Assembly (NCBI GenBank): GCA_963666055.2 | Contig: CAXWPH010000014.1 | Span: forward strand, 520,538-584,537 | Length of the DNA: 64,000 bases | From: Acidobacteriota bacterium | GTDB lineage: Bacteria; Acidobacteriota; UBA890; WLXD01 | Direction of reading: 5' to 3' | In this document: positions 16,647-26,916 of the stretch, piece after piece | Layout of the letters: every line of letters begins with the position of its first letter | Numbering within the stretch: position 1 is the stretch's first letter | Notes under the pieces: model-generated | The model's input: the letters and a program-made list of their open reading frames with translations, nothing else | The model's database searches: none | What the model was told of the DNA's origin: nothing | Position numbers and translations under genes: made by a program

Positions 16647-18041
16647 TTGCCGGCAGGAGACCTGACTAGGGGAAACAATTCCGCAGGCACGATTCATCAA
16701 CTTCTACGGTCGGGGGCGCTCGTGCTAGCGGTCCTTGCGCTGCTGGCTTTCGAGGGCGCAGCGCTCGCGGCGCAGCAGTCGCATGAGCCGGCAGCGGGTG
16801 GCCCGGCCGCCGTCACGTTCACCCGGGACGTTGCGCCGATCCTGCAGGAGAACTGCCAGATCTGCCATCGGCCGGGCTCGGTCGGGCCGATGTCGCTGCT
16901 CACCTATCGACAGGTCAGGCCCTACGCACGAACCATCAAGGACAAAGTGGCGGCGCAGGAAATGCCTCCGTATCACCTCGATACGGGTGTCGGGATCCAG
17001 GCGATCAAGAATGACTGGAGGTTGAGCGAGCAGGAGATCGCGACCATCGTCGCTTGGGTCGATACGGGAGCCGCGGAGGGCGACCCGGCGGACATGCCAG
17101 CCGCGGTGGAATGGCCGGACTTCAGAAAATGGCAGCTCGAAGACCGGTTGGGCAAGCCGGATCACGTGATCAAGTCGAAGCCCTTTATGGTGCCGGCCGA
17201 GGGGGGCGACTTGTGGTGGCGTCCGCGGGTGGAGACGGGGCTCACCGAGGATCGACTGATTCGGGCCTTTGAAACCCGGCCCTCCTTCCCCGCCGGCCGT
17301 CAAGCGGTGCACCACGCCATCCCTCGACTGTTGACGCAAAACGACGAAGGCGAGTGGGTCCGTACCGGGAGCCTTTCGGAATATGCCATGGGCAAGATCG
17401 GGGAGATCCTCCCGGCCGACGCCGCCCGTCTGCTGCCGGCGAACGCGATGATCGAATGGGACGCCCACTACTACCCGATGGGCTATGTCGTTGAGGACGA
17501 TCAGCTCGAGCTTGGCCTCTGGTTCTATCCCGACGGCTACGAGGCGGATTTCATGCAGAATCTGAACCTTTATCCGCTGCAGGGTGACATCGCCCTGGCG
17601 CCGGGTGGGACCGCGATGACCCAGGGCTTCCACCGGTGGAATCATCCGGTTCGCCTCGATAGCTTCCAGCCGCACGGGCATGTGCACCTCCATGCGATGT
17701 CCATGGAAGCGATTTATCCCGATGGTTCCCGGGAGCTCCTCAGTATGGTGAGCAACTTCGACGCGAGATGGCACCACAGCTACATCTATGAGGACGATAC
17801 GGCTCCTATGTTGCCGACGGGCACTGTCCTGGTTCTCACCGCGTGGTACGACAACACGGAGGCCAACCCACTGACTCCCGATGCGGAAGTGTGGTACGCG
17901 CGAGGCAGCCGTACGACGGACGAGATGTCACACGCCTGGCTCGCCATAACCCACCTCGACGAAGACGGCTACGAGCGACTGGTTACCGAGAGGGAACGGA
18001 AGAAAGAAGCGGCCGCCCAAGACAGCGACGGGAGAAACTGA
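16647..18041 (+). CDS. Cytochrome c fused to copper type II (PHM/DBH-like) monooxygenase domains, exported
   Basis: FTRDVAPILQENCQICH heme motif, EMPPY, AVHHAI, FQPHGHVH, DEMSHAW; start uncertain. Confidence 0.75.
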   Translation: MPAGDLTRGNNSAGTIHQLLRSGALVLAVLALLAFEGAALAAQQSHEPAAGGPAAVTFTRDVAPILQENCQICHRPGSVGPMSLLTYRQVRPYARTIKDKVAAQEMPPYHLDTGVGIQAIKNDWRLSEQEIATIVAWVDTGAAEGDPADMPAAVEWPDFRKWQLEDRLGKPDHVIKSKPFMVPAEGGDLWWRPRVETGLTEDRLIRAFETRPSFPAGRQAVHHAIPRLLTQNDEGEWVRTGSLSEYAMGKIGEILPADAARLLPANAMIEWDAHYYPMGYVVEDDQLELGLWFYPDGYEADFMQNLNLYPLQGDIALAPGGTAMTQGFHRWNHPVRLDSFQPHGHVHLHAMSMEAIYPDGSRELLSMVSNFDARWHHSYIYEDDTAPMLPTGTVLVLTAWYDNTEANPLTPDAEVWYARGSRTTDEMSHAWLAITHLDEDGYERLVTERERKKEAAAQDSDGRN

Positions 18042-18055
18042 CAAGGAAACAGACG

Positions 18056-18496
18056 ATGAAGAGTCGCATGCTCTTGGGCAGTCTCGTCTTTGCGCTTTCG
18101 GCGCTGAGCGTGGCACTCCTCGAGGCCCAGCAGGTGCAGAGGCTTCCCCTGGCGCCGCGACCACCCAGCGGCGAGCCGGTAGCGCCGTTTTTCGAAGGCT
18201 GGTATGCGAACCCGGACGGCACATACACCTTCTCGTTCGGTTACTTCAATTTGAACACAGAGGAGACGCTCGATATTCCCCTTGGGGAGGACAACTTCAT
18301 TGAACCAGCCGAGTTCGATGGGAACCAGCCAACGTACTTCCCCGTCGATCCACGTCGAGACCGGGGTATCTTCACGGTGACTGTGCCGGCGTCTTTTGCA
18401 GATGGAGAGCAACGGGTTGTCTGGACCATCCGTAGTAACGGCGTGACCTATTCGGTTCCGATTGTGACTTTGGGATATAATTCCCTTTGTCAATGA
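18056..18496 (+). CDS. Secreted hypothetical protein, probably 3'-truncated
   Basis: AAGGA RBS, signal peptide, PFFEGWYANPDGTYTFSFGYFN; ends abruptly in AT-rich promoter-like DNA after YSVP. Confidence 0.65.
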   Translation: MKSRMLLGSLVFALSALSVALLEAQQVQRLPLAPRPPSGEPVAPFFEGWYANPDGTYTFSFGYFNLNTEETLDIPLGEDNFIEPAEFDGNQPTYFPVDPRRDRGIFTVTVPASFADGEQRVVWTIRSNGVTYSVPIVTLGYNSLCQ

Positions 18497-20091
18497 CTCG
18501 CGTGCCGTCCGGAAGGAGGTCGTTCTTGAAGCTCCGTATAGCCATTCTCGTGATCCTCGGTGTGGTGGTGGCCGCAGGTGCAGCGGCGAACGCCCAGTTC
18601 GAGAGTGTGGGGGTTATCGACTTCCCCACCTCCGCGACGGGGGAAGTGCAACAGCACTTCCTGCGCGGCGTCTCGATCTTGCACAGCTTCGGCTGGAAGC
18701 AGGCGATCGGGCAGTTCCAAGCAGCGCAAGAGCTGGACCCGAACTTCGCGATGGCCTACTGGGGCGAGACGCTCTGCTACAACCATCCGCTGATGGGCGA
18801 GGCGGACGTGGAATCGCCGCGGGCGGTGCTGGCGCGGCTAGCGCCGACGCGTGCCGAGCGCCTCGCCAAGGCCCCAACCGATCGCGAGAAGGGTCTGCTG
18901 AACGCGGTCGAGATTCTCTGGGGCGATGGCGACTGGCGCGATCGGCGCGTCGGTTACATGGAGGCGATGGGCGAGCTCCGTGAGCAGTACCCGGACGACG
19001 ACGAGATCGCGACGTTTTATGCCGTGTCGATGCTGAGTGCGGCGCGGGCGCGCGGTGACCAGAGTCTCAGGTTGGAGGTGAGAGCAGGCACGATCGCGCT
19101 CGATGTATTCAACAGAAACCGAAAGCACCCCGGCGCGGCGCACTACACGATCCACTCGTTCGATGACCCGATCCACGCGCCGCTCGCGCTGCCGGCCGCG
19201 CTGGCGTTCGCAGAGATCGCACCGTTGGTCTCCCATGCTCGTCACATGCCGACCCACATCTTCATCCAACACGGCATGTGGAATTACGTGGGCGATCACA
19301 ACCAGTCGGCATACGAAGCCGCGAGAGAGCTATGGATGCCGGGTGACAGCGTCTCGGCCACGGTCCATGCCCTCGACTGGGGCCAGTACGGCGATCTACA
19401 GCGTGGCGACTACGCCAAGGCGAGCGAGTGGATCGACCGCTTGACAATGGTGAACGAAGAGGCCGCCGGCGCCGGCCGCGCCGCGCGCAGTCTTCCCCTC
19501 CTCAAAGCCCGCTACATCGTCGAAACCGAAGAATGGAAAACGGCGCCGATCACCGAAGAGTCCTCGGCCCCCGAGCTCTTGGCAACCGGACTGAGCGCGG
19601 TAAGAACGGCCGACCTCGTCATCGCCGAGAAGGCGGCGGCGGCGCTGAAGAAGCTCGTGGAGTCCGGGGGTGGTGCCGGTGGCGGCGCGCCGCCGACGCG
19701 CATCATGTACCGGGAAGTCATGGCTTCCATCCACGCCGCGAAGGGCGAGGCCGAACAGGCGATCGAGCTGATGGACGAAGCCGTCGAGATCATGCGCCCG
19801 ATGCGCGCCCCGAACGGCGCAGCGAATCCCGTGAAGCCGGCGTACGAGCTCTACGGCGAGATCCTGCTCGAGCTCGACCGGCCGGAAGAGGCGATAGAGA
19901 AACTCGAGATGTCCCTGCTGCGGATGCCCAACCGGCCGCGATCGCTGCTGGGTCTCGCCCGCGCCTATGTACGCACGGGTGACCGCAAACGCGCCGCCGA
20001 GCAGTACCGGAAACTGACCGAGGTCTGGGAGGGTCGTGACGCGTTCCCGGGCTTGCAGGAGGCAAAACGATTCCTGCACGAGATCGCGTAA
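18493..20091 (+). CDS. Secreted tetratricopeptide-repeat protein
   Basis: Signal peptide; FLRGVSILHSF, LDPNFAMAYWG, HPGAAHYTIHSFD, HARHMPTHIF; C-terminal TPRs (PNRPRSLLGLARA). Confidence 0.8.
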   Translation: MTRVPSGRRSFLKLRIAILVILGVVVAAGAAANAQFESVGVIDFPTSATGEVQQHFLRGVSILHSFGWKQAIGQFQAAQELDPNFAMAYWGETLCYNHPLMGEADVESPRAVLARLAPTRAERLAKAPTDREKGLLNAVEILWGDGDWRDRRVGYMEAMGELREQYPDDDEIATFYAVSMLSAARARGDQSLRLEVRAGTIALDVFNRNRKHPGAAHYTIHSFDDPIHAPLALPAALAFAEIAPLVSHARHMPTHIFIQHGMWNYVGDHNQSAYEAARELWMPGDSVSATVHALDWGQYGDLQRGDYAKASEWIDRLTMVNEEAAGAGRAARSLPLLKARYIVETEEWKTAPITEESSAPELLATGLSAVRTADLVIAEKAAAALKKLVESGGGAGGGAPPTRIMYREVMASIHAAKGEAEQAIELMDEAVEIMRPMRAPNGAANPVKPAYELYGEILLELDRPEEAIEKLEMSLLRMPNRPRSLLGLARAYVRTGDRKRAAEQYRKLTEVWEGRDAFPGLQEAKRFLHEIA

Positions 20092-20107
20092 TCAAAGGAG
20101 ATCGACG

Positions 20108-21271
20108 ATGGCGAACAAGATGACGCGCCGAGAGGTGGTCGGAGGAGGCGCAGTGATCGCCGGGGCGGCGACGTTCGGCGCCCCGGAATGGGCGCTTGCG
20201 TTGTTGGCCCAGGAGGAAACCCTCGTCCCGTTCACGGACATGCCCGACGAGTACAACACGAATCCCTCCCCGATCGTTCGATTCGTCGACATCCGCAATA
20301 TCAACGACTTTTTCACGCCGGCGGACGAGTTCTTCACGATCCAGCACTACGGCCAGCCGGAGGTCAACGCTTCGAGCCACCAGCTCGAGATCAGCGGGCT
20401 CGTTTCGCGTCCTCAGAAGGTCTCAATGGCCGATATTCGGCGCCGACCGCGAATCGAATTGGCCTGCGCCTACGAGTGCTCGGGCAACAGCGGGCGCCGC
20501 TTCCACGGCTTGGTCAGCAACGGCCTGTGGGGCGGCACCAGCCTGAAGGCGCTGTTGGAGGACATCGGCCTGGAGCCCCCCGGACGGGAGGTCGTTTTCT
20601 TCGGTGCCGACCGCGCCGAGGAGACGATCACGATCCGCGGCAGGAGCTGGGATGTGGAGCAGCAATTCGCCCGCAGCCTGTCGCTCGAAGACGCCCTGAG
20701 CGATGACACGATGCTCGCCTACGAGCTCAACGGCGAGCCGCTGACGGTCAACCAAGGGGCGCCGTTGCGGCTCATCGTCCCCGGTTGGTACGGCGTCGCG
20801 CAGGTGAAGTGGTTGGAGCAGATCCACGTGCAGAGAGACCGGTTCATGGGCAAGTTCATGGCCAGGGAGTACGTGACTCTGCGTGACGAAGCGGTCGGGG
20901 ACAATTTCAAGGCCACCGAGACTTCAATCACCCGCATCAAGCTCAAGTCGGTCATCTCTCGTGTGACGCGCGCCCCGGCCCATCACACGATCCACGGCTT
21001 CGCACTCACCGACGGCACGCCGCTCGACAGGATTGAAGTGCAAATCGACGACGGGCTGTGGAACCGTGCCACTCTCGATGAGCGCAACACGCGGTATTCG
21101 TGGCAGCTCTTTACCTACCGGTGGGAAGGAGCGACCTCTGGGGAGCACACCATGACCTCCCGCGCGATCGACACCGACGGCAGGGTCCAGCCAGCACAAA
21201 CCGATCTCGAGGCAAAGAAAACGACGTGGGAAAATAACGGTCAGTTTCCGCGCCGCGTGATGATTTCCTAG
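20108..21271 (+). CDS. Sulfite oxidase family molybdopterin oxidoreductase, Tat-exported
   Basis: AGGAG RBS; MTRREVV twin-Arg signal; ECSGN Mo ligand; LAYELNGEPL...GAPLRLIVPGWYGVAQVKWL. Confidence 0.9.
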   Translation: MANKMTRREVVGGGAVIAGAATFGAPEWALALLAQEETLVPFTDMPDEYNTNPSPIVRFVDIRNINDFFTPADEFFTIQHYGQPEVNASSHQLEISGLVSRPQKVSMADIRRRPRIELACAYECSGNSGRRFHGLVSNGLWGGTSLKALLEDIGLEPPGREVVFFGADRAEETITIRGRSWDVEQQFARSLSLEDALSDDTMLAYELNGEPLTVNQGAPLRLIVPGWYGVAQVKWLEQIHVQRDRFMGKFMAREYVTLRDEAVGDNFKATETSITRIKLKSVISRVTRAPAHHTIHGFALTDGTPLDRIEVQIDDGLWNRATLDERNTRYSWQLFTYRWEGATSGEHTMTSRAIDTDGRVQPAQTDLEAKKTTWENNGQFPRRVMIS

Positions 21272-21298
21272 CCCGGCGGAAGACCAAGACAAAGAAAT

Positions 21299-21373
21299 TG
21301 GCTGGGACGCAGGGATTCGAACCCCGATTCTACGGTCCAGAGCCGTATGTCCTGCCTATTGGACGACGTCCCA
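21299..21373 (-). tRNA. tRNA-Gln (CTG)
   Basis: Anticodon arm TACGG-CTCTGGA-CCGTA, T-arm GGTTCGAATCC, encoded CCA. Confidence 0.95.
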
Positions 21374-21425
21374 GCCGGCAAACGGAAGTCTAGGCCGCCA
21401 AAAGCACGGTCGCAATCACACGGAA

Positions 21426-24048
21426 ATGCGCCTTCGTGTGGCGCCGACAATCGATTTTCGCCATCATCTGGGCGTGCGCACCCCGAAAGTACCATTCGAT
21501 ACCGGCACCCCGCGTCTCGAGCTGTGCCTGCTGTACGTCTTGTTCGTCGCCGCCGGGCTATTGCAGGCTGAAGGCGCCGCGGTGCAGGCCCGCCCGGGCG
21601 AGGTGGCCGGTCGCGTCGTGGACTTCGACGGCACACCGCTTCCCGGGCTCGCCGTGCGGCTGGAAGGGCCGTTTCCACAAAACACCACACGCGAGCTGGT
21701 TGCCGACGCCAACGCCCGCTTCGTGTTTCGCGACACGCCGCCGGGACGCTACCGACTGGCGATCGAGCTCACCGGTGTGGACGCCGGCAGCGATCTCGAC
21801 GTCATCGTGACGGCAGGAACGCGCGTCGAAACAACGCTGGTGCTGAACCTGCGGGGTACAGATATCAACGTCATCGTGCAGGCTCGGGCGCTGCGCGTTG
21901 AAGACGCCGATCTCGTCGACCCGGAGTCGACCGCAGGGCGGCGCATCGTACCAGGAACGACGATCAACTGGCTGCCCTTGCCGGCGGAGCAGGCCCTAGA
22001 GGTGCTCCCGCTGATGCCCACGGTGATCCGCTCCGACAGCGGCCAACTAGCGATCGACGGCACGTTGGTGACCGATTCGGTGATGCTCTTCAACGGCATC
22101 GACCTGATGGATCCCTACTCGGGTGAGTACCGGGTTCGCCTGCCGCTCGAGTCCATCGATCGCGTCGACCTGTATACCGGTGTGGTGCCAGCACAATACG
22201 GCGACACGGTGGGCGCCGTCGTCGATATCAGTACGTTGCCCGGCGCCGAGAGCTGGGGGTGGGGTGTTGCCAGTTTCGTTCCGAGGCCGCGGTTTCGGGA
22301 CGGCACAATACAGGGCATCGGCAATGCATCTCCCCGCCTGTGGGTTTCCGGTCCGATCAAGCCGGGCGAAACGTACATGGCCATTTCCGCCGAGTATCAC
22401 TTCGATCGCATCGACGTGCAGGACGTGCCGGGCGATCCGGCGCAAGATCACGTCAAGGTAGAGGGGTGGGACGCCACGGCGCAGGTGGATTGGCGACCCA
22501 ACGACCAGCACAGCTTCATGGTTTCGGGCCTGGCGTTTCCGCAGCACGACAAGTTCGTCGGCCTCGACGGGCTTACACCACCGGAGGCGACCTTCAACGT
22601 CGAGCGCGATGCCGAGGCGCTGTTCGCCAAGCACACGTATCGAGGCGACCGTAACCGGTCGCTCGAGACCATGATCCAGTACAACCGCATCGGCATTCGC
22701 TCGGAGCCGCAGGGAGCGGCGCCGTACGAAGTCCTGACCGACGGGTTCGGCGGCAACCAGTTTCACCGTGAGGACCGGCAGACGACCCACACACAGATTC
22801 AGGTGAACTACTCGCGACGGCCGGAGCGGTGGCGGCGAAAGGTCGCACCTGGTCCAGATCGGCGCCGACTTTCATCGTCTCCACCTGAGCGGCCAGTTTG
22901 CCAACGATACGATTCTGGTGCGGGGCGTGGATGGCCGACTGCTGCAGAGGGTCGATTTCACCGACTCGCCTGACCTCTCGTACAGCAAGTACGAGTGGGC
23001 CGGTTACTTCCAAGACCGCTGGACCCACAGCGACAGATTCTGGTGGGATATCGGAGTGCGTCTTTCGGGGGACTCGTTTACCGATACGGTGGTTCGCATC
23101 GGGCCGCGGATCGGCGTCGCATGGGATCCCGTGGGCGACCGGCGCACGCTGCTGAAGGCCGGCGCCGGGATCATGTATCGACGGGTTTACCTGGGGAAGA
23201 TTCTCTGGGAAGATCTGCCGGTTCGCCTGGAGACGACGTTCGCAGAAGACGGCAGCGCAACCTTGGTTCCCCTCGTAGCTGCGCGCGACGAGAAGCTCTC
23301 GGCGCCCCGCACGCTCTTGTTCACCGGCGACTTCAGCCATCGGCTCGAGTCGGGCTGGCTTTTTCGCACCAAGCTCTCGCATCGCAGTGGCAGCGACAAC
23401 ATCATTGCCGAACGCGTCGAGCCACCCGGTGTCGCCCTCGAAGACGACGATCCATTGCCGTTCTTCACGCAGAATCCGACCATCGAGGCGGGGTCGCTGT
23501 TGCTGTCGAATGCCGGCGAGTCGACCTCCTGGAGCCTCGAGGTTACCGCCGCCAAGCGGATTACCTCCGGCGGCGAGTTGGTGGTGTCGTACGTACGTTC
23601 CTCCAGCTTCGGCGACCTGAACGACTTCACGATCATGTCCGCCGCTGCCCCGGACCCCATCATTCGGGAAAACCGCCGGGCGCAGCGCGCCCTCGACGTA
23701 CCCCACCGGATCCTGGCGTGGGCGACGATCAACCTGCCGGCCGACGTGCAGCTCGCCCCGGTGTTCGAGTGGAGGTCGGGCTTCCCCTATAGCGCGTTGG
23801 CTGAAGACCAGTCGTACTTCGGCGAGCCCAACACCGAGCGCCTCCCGAACTTCTTCTCGCTCGACCTGCAGGCGACGAAGGGCTTCACGGTGGGCGGTGT
23901 CTACGTGATTGCCGGCGTGAAGTTGACGAACCTCACGAGCCACGACAATCCCCGTCAGGTGATAGCCAACCTCGCCGATCCGGCCTTCGGGGAGTTCCGC
24001 AACAGCGTCCCCTTCAGGCTGCGTACAAAGTTCTCATTCAATTTCTGA
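21426..24048 (+). CDS. TonB-dependent receptor with carboxypeptidase-regulatory-like N-terminal domain (one frameshift near 22830)
   Basis: GRVVDFDGTPLPG...PPGRYRL, plug motif AQYGDTVGAVVDIST, GYFQDRW, terminal KFSFNF; ORFs 21426-22973 and 22918-24048 are colinear halves; start uncertain. Confidence 0.8.
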
Positions 24049-24049
24049 C

Positions 24050-24170
24050 CGCGAGCGCTAGGGGGCGCGATGACTGCGTTGCGCTTGCTCGGCCTCCTTC
24101 GCAGTACGCCAAGTACTACTCAGTCGGCCTCGCGGCGCGCGCCTTGTCCTCGCGCCCCCTAGCGCTCGCG
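24050..24170 (+). repeat. Structured palindromic repeat, family A copy 2 (between convergent genes)
   Basis: CGCGAGCGCTAGGGGGCGCG...CGCGCCCCCTAGCGCTCGCG; core GCGTTGCGC...CAGTAC-gccaa-GTACT...GCGCGCCTTG. Confidence 0.85.
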
Positions 24171-24189
24171 CGCGACGTAATTCTTTGGC

Positions 24190-25677
24190 TTATCCGGCGG
24201 TCTGACTGGTGGCCGGCTGAGCGGCCTGGACCTTGCCCAGATAGCGGAGCATCCGGTCGAGGCGCGCGTCGGTGCTATTACGCCCCATGAGCTCGAGGAC
24301 CTCGAAGATACCCGGCGAGGATGCCTTGCCGATTACCGCGACGCGGCTGGCATGAATCAAGTCGGCGGCATCCATCTCAAGGCTTTCCGCCAGTTGCCGG
24401 AGCGTCGCCTCGAGCTCTTCCTGGCTCCACGGGTCGACCTTGCCGAAAGCCTCGCGAACAGCCTGCAGCGGGCCAAGTAGCTCTTTGCCCTTGATGTGGG
24501 CGTTGACGGCATCCGGCAGATACGGGAACGCCTCGGTGAGAAACGGCGCGATGTTGTCGGCTAGCTCGTTGATCGTGCGCGAGCGCGACTGCCACAGGTC
24601 GATGAGCGCGAAGATGTAGTCGCGCCGCTCCATATCGAGCTCTTCCCGCCAGCAGCCGCGGTTGCTCAGGGCGTCGCGGACGGAGTTGAGCAATTCGCCA
24701 GCCGGGACCTCGGAGATGTACTTGCCGTTGAGCCAGGCGAGCTTCTCGGGGTCGAAAACGGCGTTCGACGAGTTGACACGCTCGAGGCTGAACTCCTTGG
24801 TCAGCTCGTGGAGCGTGAAGACCTCGCGGTCGTCTCCCGGCGACCAGCCCAGCAGCGCCAGGTAGTTGACAACGGCGCCGGGCAGGTAGCCCTTGTCGCG
24901 GAAATGTGTCACCGACGTCGCACCGTGCCGCTTCGACAGGCGCTTCTTGTCCTCGCCGAGGATGAGCGGCGGGTGCGCGAAAACCGGCAGCTTGGCGTCG
25001 AGAGCCTCATACACAAGGATTTGCTTCGGCGTGTTGGGCAGGTGATCAGCGCCACGGATGACGTGGGTGATGCCCATCTCGATGTCGTCGACCACGTTCG
25101 ACAGGTGATACGTCGGCTTCTCGTCGGAGCGCAACAACACGAAGTCCTCGAGGTTGTCGCGCTCGAAGCTGACGTCACCGTGAACCTGGTCTTTGACGAC
25201 CGTCGTGCCCTCCGTAGGCACCTTGAAACGAACCACTTTGGGGGCATCGGCGTCGAGTTTGGCTTGAACCTCATCGGCCGACAGGTCGCGGCACGTGCCG
25301 TCGTAGCGCCAGCCGTCGCCCTGCTCCTGAGCCTCTTGGCGCTTGGCTTCGATTTCCTCGGCGCTGCAGAAGCAGTAGTAAGCGTGGCCGGAGTTCATCA
25401 GCAGCGACACGTAGTCGCGGTACAGATCGAGGCGTTCGGACTGGTATAGCGGGCCTTCGTCCCAGTCGAGCCCCAGCCAGCTCAGCGCGTCGAAGATTCC
25501 CTGCACCGACTCTTCGCTGGAGCGACCTTTGTCGGTGTCCTCGATCCGCAGGATGAACGCGCCTCCGTGATGCTTCGCATACAACCAGTTGAACAGCGCC
25601 GTGCGGGCGCCGCCGACGTGAAGCTCGCCGGTGGGGCTGGGCGCGAAGCGTACGCGCACCTCAGAAGAATCGGCCAT
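24190..25677 (-). CDS. gltX: Glutamate--tRNA ligase
   Basis: VRVRFAPSPTGELHVGGARTALFNWL, RIEDTD, THVIRGADH, RLSKRHG. Confidence 0.97.
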   Translation of the reverse strand: MADSSEVRVRFAPSPTGELHVGGARTALFNWLYAKHHGGAFILRIEDTDKGRSSEESVQGIFDALSWLGLDWDEGPLYQSERLDLYRDYVSLLMNSGHAYYCFCSAEEIEAKRQEAQEQGDGWRYDGTCRDLSADEVQAKLDADAPKVVRFKVPTEGTTVVKDQVHGDVSFERDNLEDFVLLRSDEKPTYHLSNVVDDIEMGITHVIRGADHLPNTPKQILVYEALDAKLPVFAHPPLILGEDKKRLSKRHGATSVTHFRDKGYLPGAVVNYLALLGWSPGDDREVFTLHELTKEFSLERVNSSNAVFDPEKLAWLNGKYISEVPAGELLNSVRDALSNRGCWREELDMERRDYIFALIDLWQSRSRTINELADNIAPFLTEAFPYLPDAVNAHIKGKELLGPLQAVREAFGKVDPWSQEELEATLRQLAESLEMDAADLIHASRVAVIGKASSPGIFEVLELMGRNSTDARLDRMLRYLGKVQAAQPATSQTAG

Positions 25678-25816
25678 TTCAAACCTCGTTCAGGTAAGTC
25701 GCGAATTCAGTGGCCGCGAGCCGGAGAAGGGGAATTGGCCGGCGGCGCCTCCCTGCAGCCGCAAGAGCTACTGAACCTAGATGGTAGCCCAGCCCCCATA
25801 TGCCCGCCAGCCGGTG

Positions 25817-25992
25817 CCCGAGCAAGCACAACGCCGCGAACGCCGCGTTCCCTGGTGTTCTAGTGCTGAGGGTGCGGGAAACGGTGTGGTCTCAAGGCGC
25901 GCGCCACGAGGGCCCCGGAGACGTATTTGTCATACGTCGAGGAGCCCGAGCAAGCGCAACGCCGCGAACGCGCCGTTTCCCGCATCCTCAGC
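25817..25992 (-). repeat. Family A copy 3 (25865-25992) plus trailing half copy (25817-25852)
   Basis: Minus strand GCTGAGGATGCGGGAAACGG...GCGTTGCGC...CGACGTAT-gacaa-ATACGTC...GCGCGCCTTG...CCGTTTCCCGCACCCTCAGC. Confidence 0.8.
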
Positions 25993-26362
25993 GCCGTTGG
26001 CGGCGGACGTAGCCACAGGCCTCGCAGATTTCCGCCTTGCGAGTCGCCAGGGAAATGAGTACAGCAGCTCCAAACAGGGTCCAGGCCGGCACGTAGCCGA
26101 AGCCGAAGAGCCACGAAAAAACCGCGCTCCAGAAGGCAACGACGGCCAGTAGCACCGAACCGAAAGGACTGAATCGGTGCCGACGGCTCACCTGCCACGC
26201 GGCTCGAGTGTCGCACGACGGACAGCGGTCCTCGTCGTCCGCTGTTTCTTGTTCGTCACGGGCGAGCACGTCCGCGGCAGATCGGATGGCGCGCTGTCGG
26301 TCGCTGTGGGCCGACTCCGGTGAGTCGATCGGCGGTGCGGCTTGGCTGGGGCTATTGCTCAT
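25988..26362 (-). CDS. Small membrane protein, CxxC-TM-TM-CxxC
   Basis: CPSC, two hydrophobic segments, CEAC, basic C-terminus. Confidence 0.7.
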   Translation of the reverse strand: MSNSPSQAAPPIDSPESAHSDRQRAIRSAADVLARDEQETADDEDRCPSCDTRAAWQVSRRHRFSPFGSVLLAVVAFWSAVFSWLFGFGYVPAWTLFGAAVLISLATRKAEICEACGYVRRQRR

Positions 26363-26397
26363 GAGTACAGGCAGGTTACATCAGGCCCGTGATGCAT

Positions 26398-26450
26398 TAA
26401 CAGGGTGCTGAAGAACACCCATGCGCGGTACCCGGGGAGTTCTCAAGCGC
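26398..26450. repeat. Family B MITE-like element copy 2 (degenerate)
   Basis: TAACAGGGTGCTGAAGAAC...CCCGGGGAGTTCTCAAGC. Confidence 0.55.
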
Positions 26451-26508
26451 AACGCAATCATCGTGCGCCATTGCGTTCCCGCAGCCGCGACCCGTTGCAA
26501 AATGCGGG

Positions 26509-26766
26509 CTAAAGCGAGTCGCCGACGGACGTTACGTTGTGGCAACCCTCGCATCGTACGTGTTTCTTGTGCGGCCAGGCGAAGTAGGCGCTCATCGGAA
26601 AAACAATGGCGGCGAGCACCCACGAGGTCCAGTGGATCGAATCGCGGCTCAGCATCCAAGCGAGCATGATCGCTGCAATCACCCCAGCGGAGGTTTGTTC
26701 TCCCCACGCCGACGTCGGGCGCATGCGTTTGTACGCCATGCAGTGCGGACAGAACTGGAATTCCAC
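26509..26766 (-). CDS. Small membrane protein, CxxC-TM-TM-CxxC
   Basis: GGGAGG RBS before GTG; FCPHC, two hydrophobic segments, HVRCEGC. Confidence 0.7.
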   Translation of the reverse strand: MEFQFCPHCMAYKRMRPTSAWGEQTSAGVIAAIMLAWMLSRDSIHWTSWVLAAIVFPMSAYFAWPHKKHVRCEGCHNVTSVGDSL

Positions 26767-26779
26767 GGGGTCCTCCCGC

Positions 26780-26839
26780 TAACAGGGTGGCTGAAAACTC
26801 CCCGGTGTGGCACCCCCGGGAGTTCTTCAGCATCTGCTA
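26780..26839. repeat. Family B MITE-like element copy 3
   Basis: TAACAGGGTGGCTGAAAACTCCC...GGGAGTTCTTCAGCATCTGCTA inverted repeat. Confidence 0.65.
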
Positions 26840-26916
26840 CGCCGCGCCGGTGGAGAACGGGACTTCGCCCTCGTTGGAGGGGAGCTACGGCGCATCACAG
26901 GCGTGCCGAAACAGAA

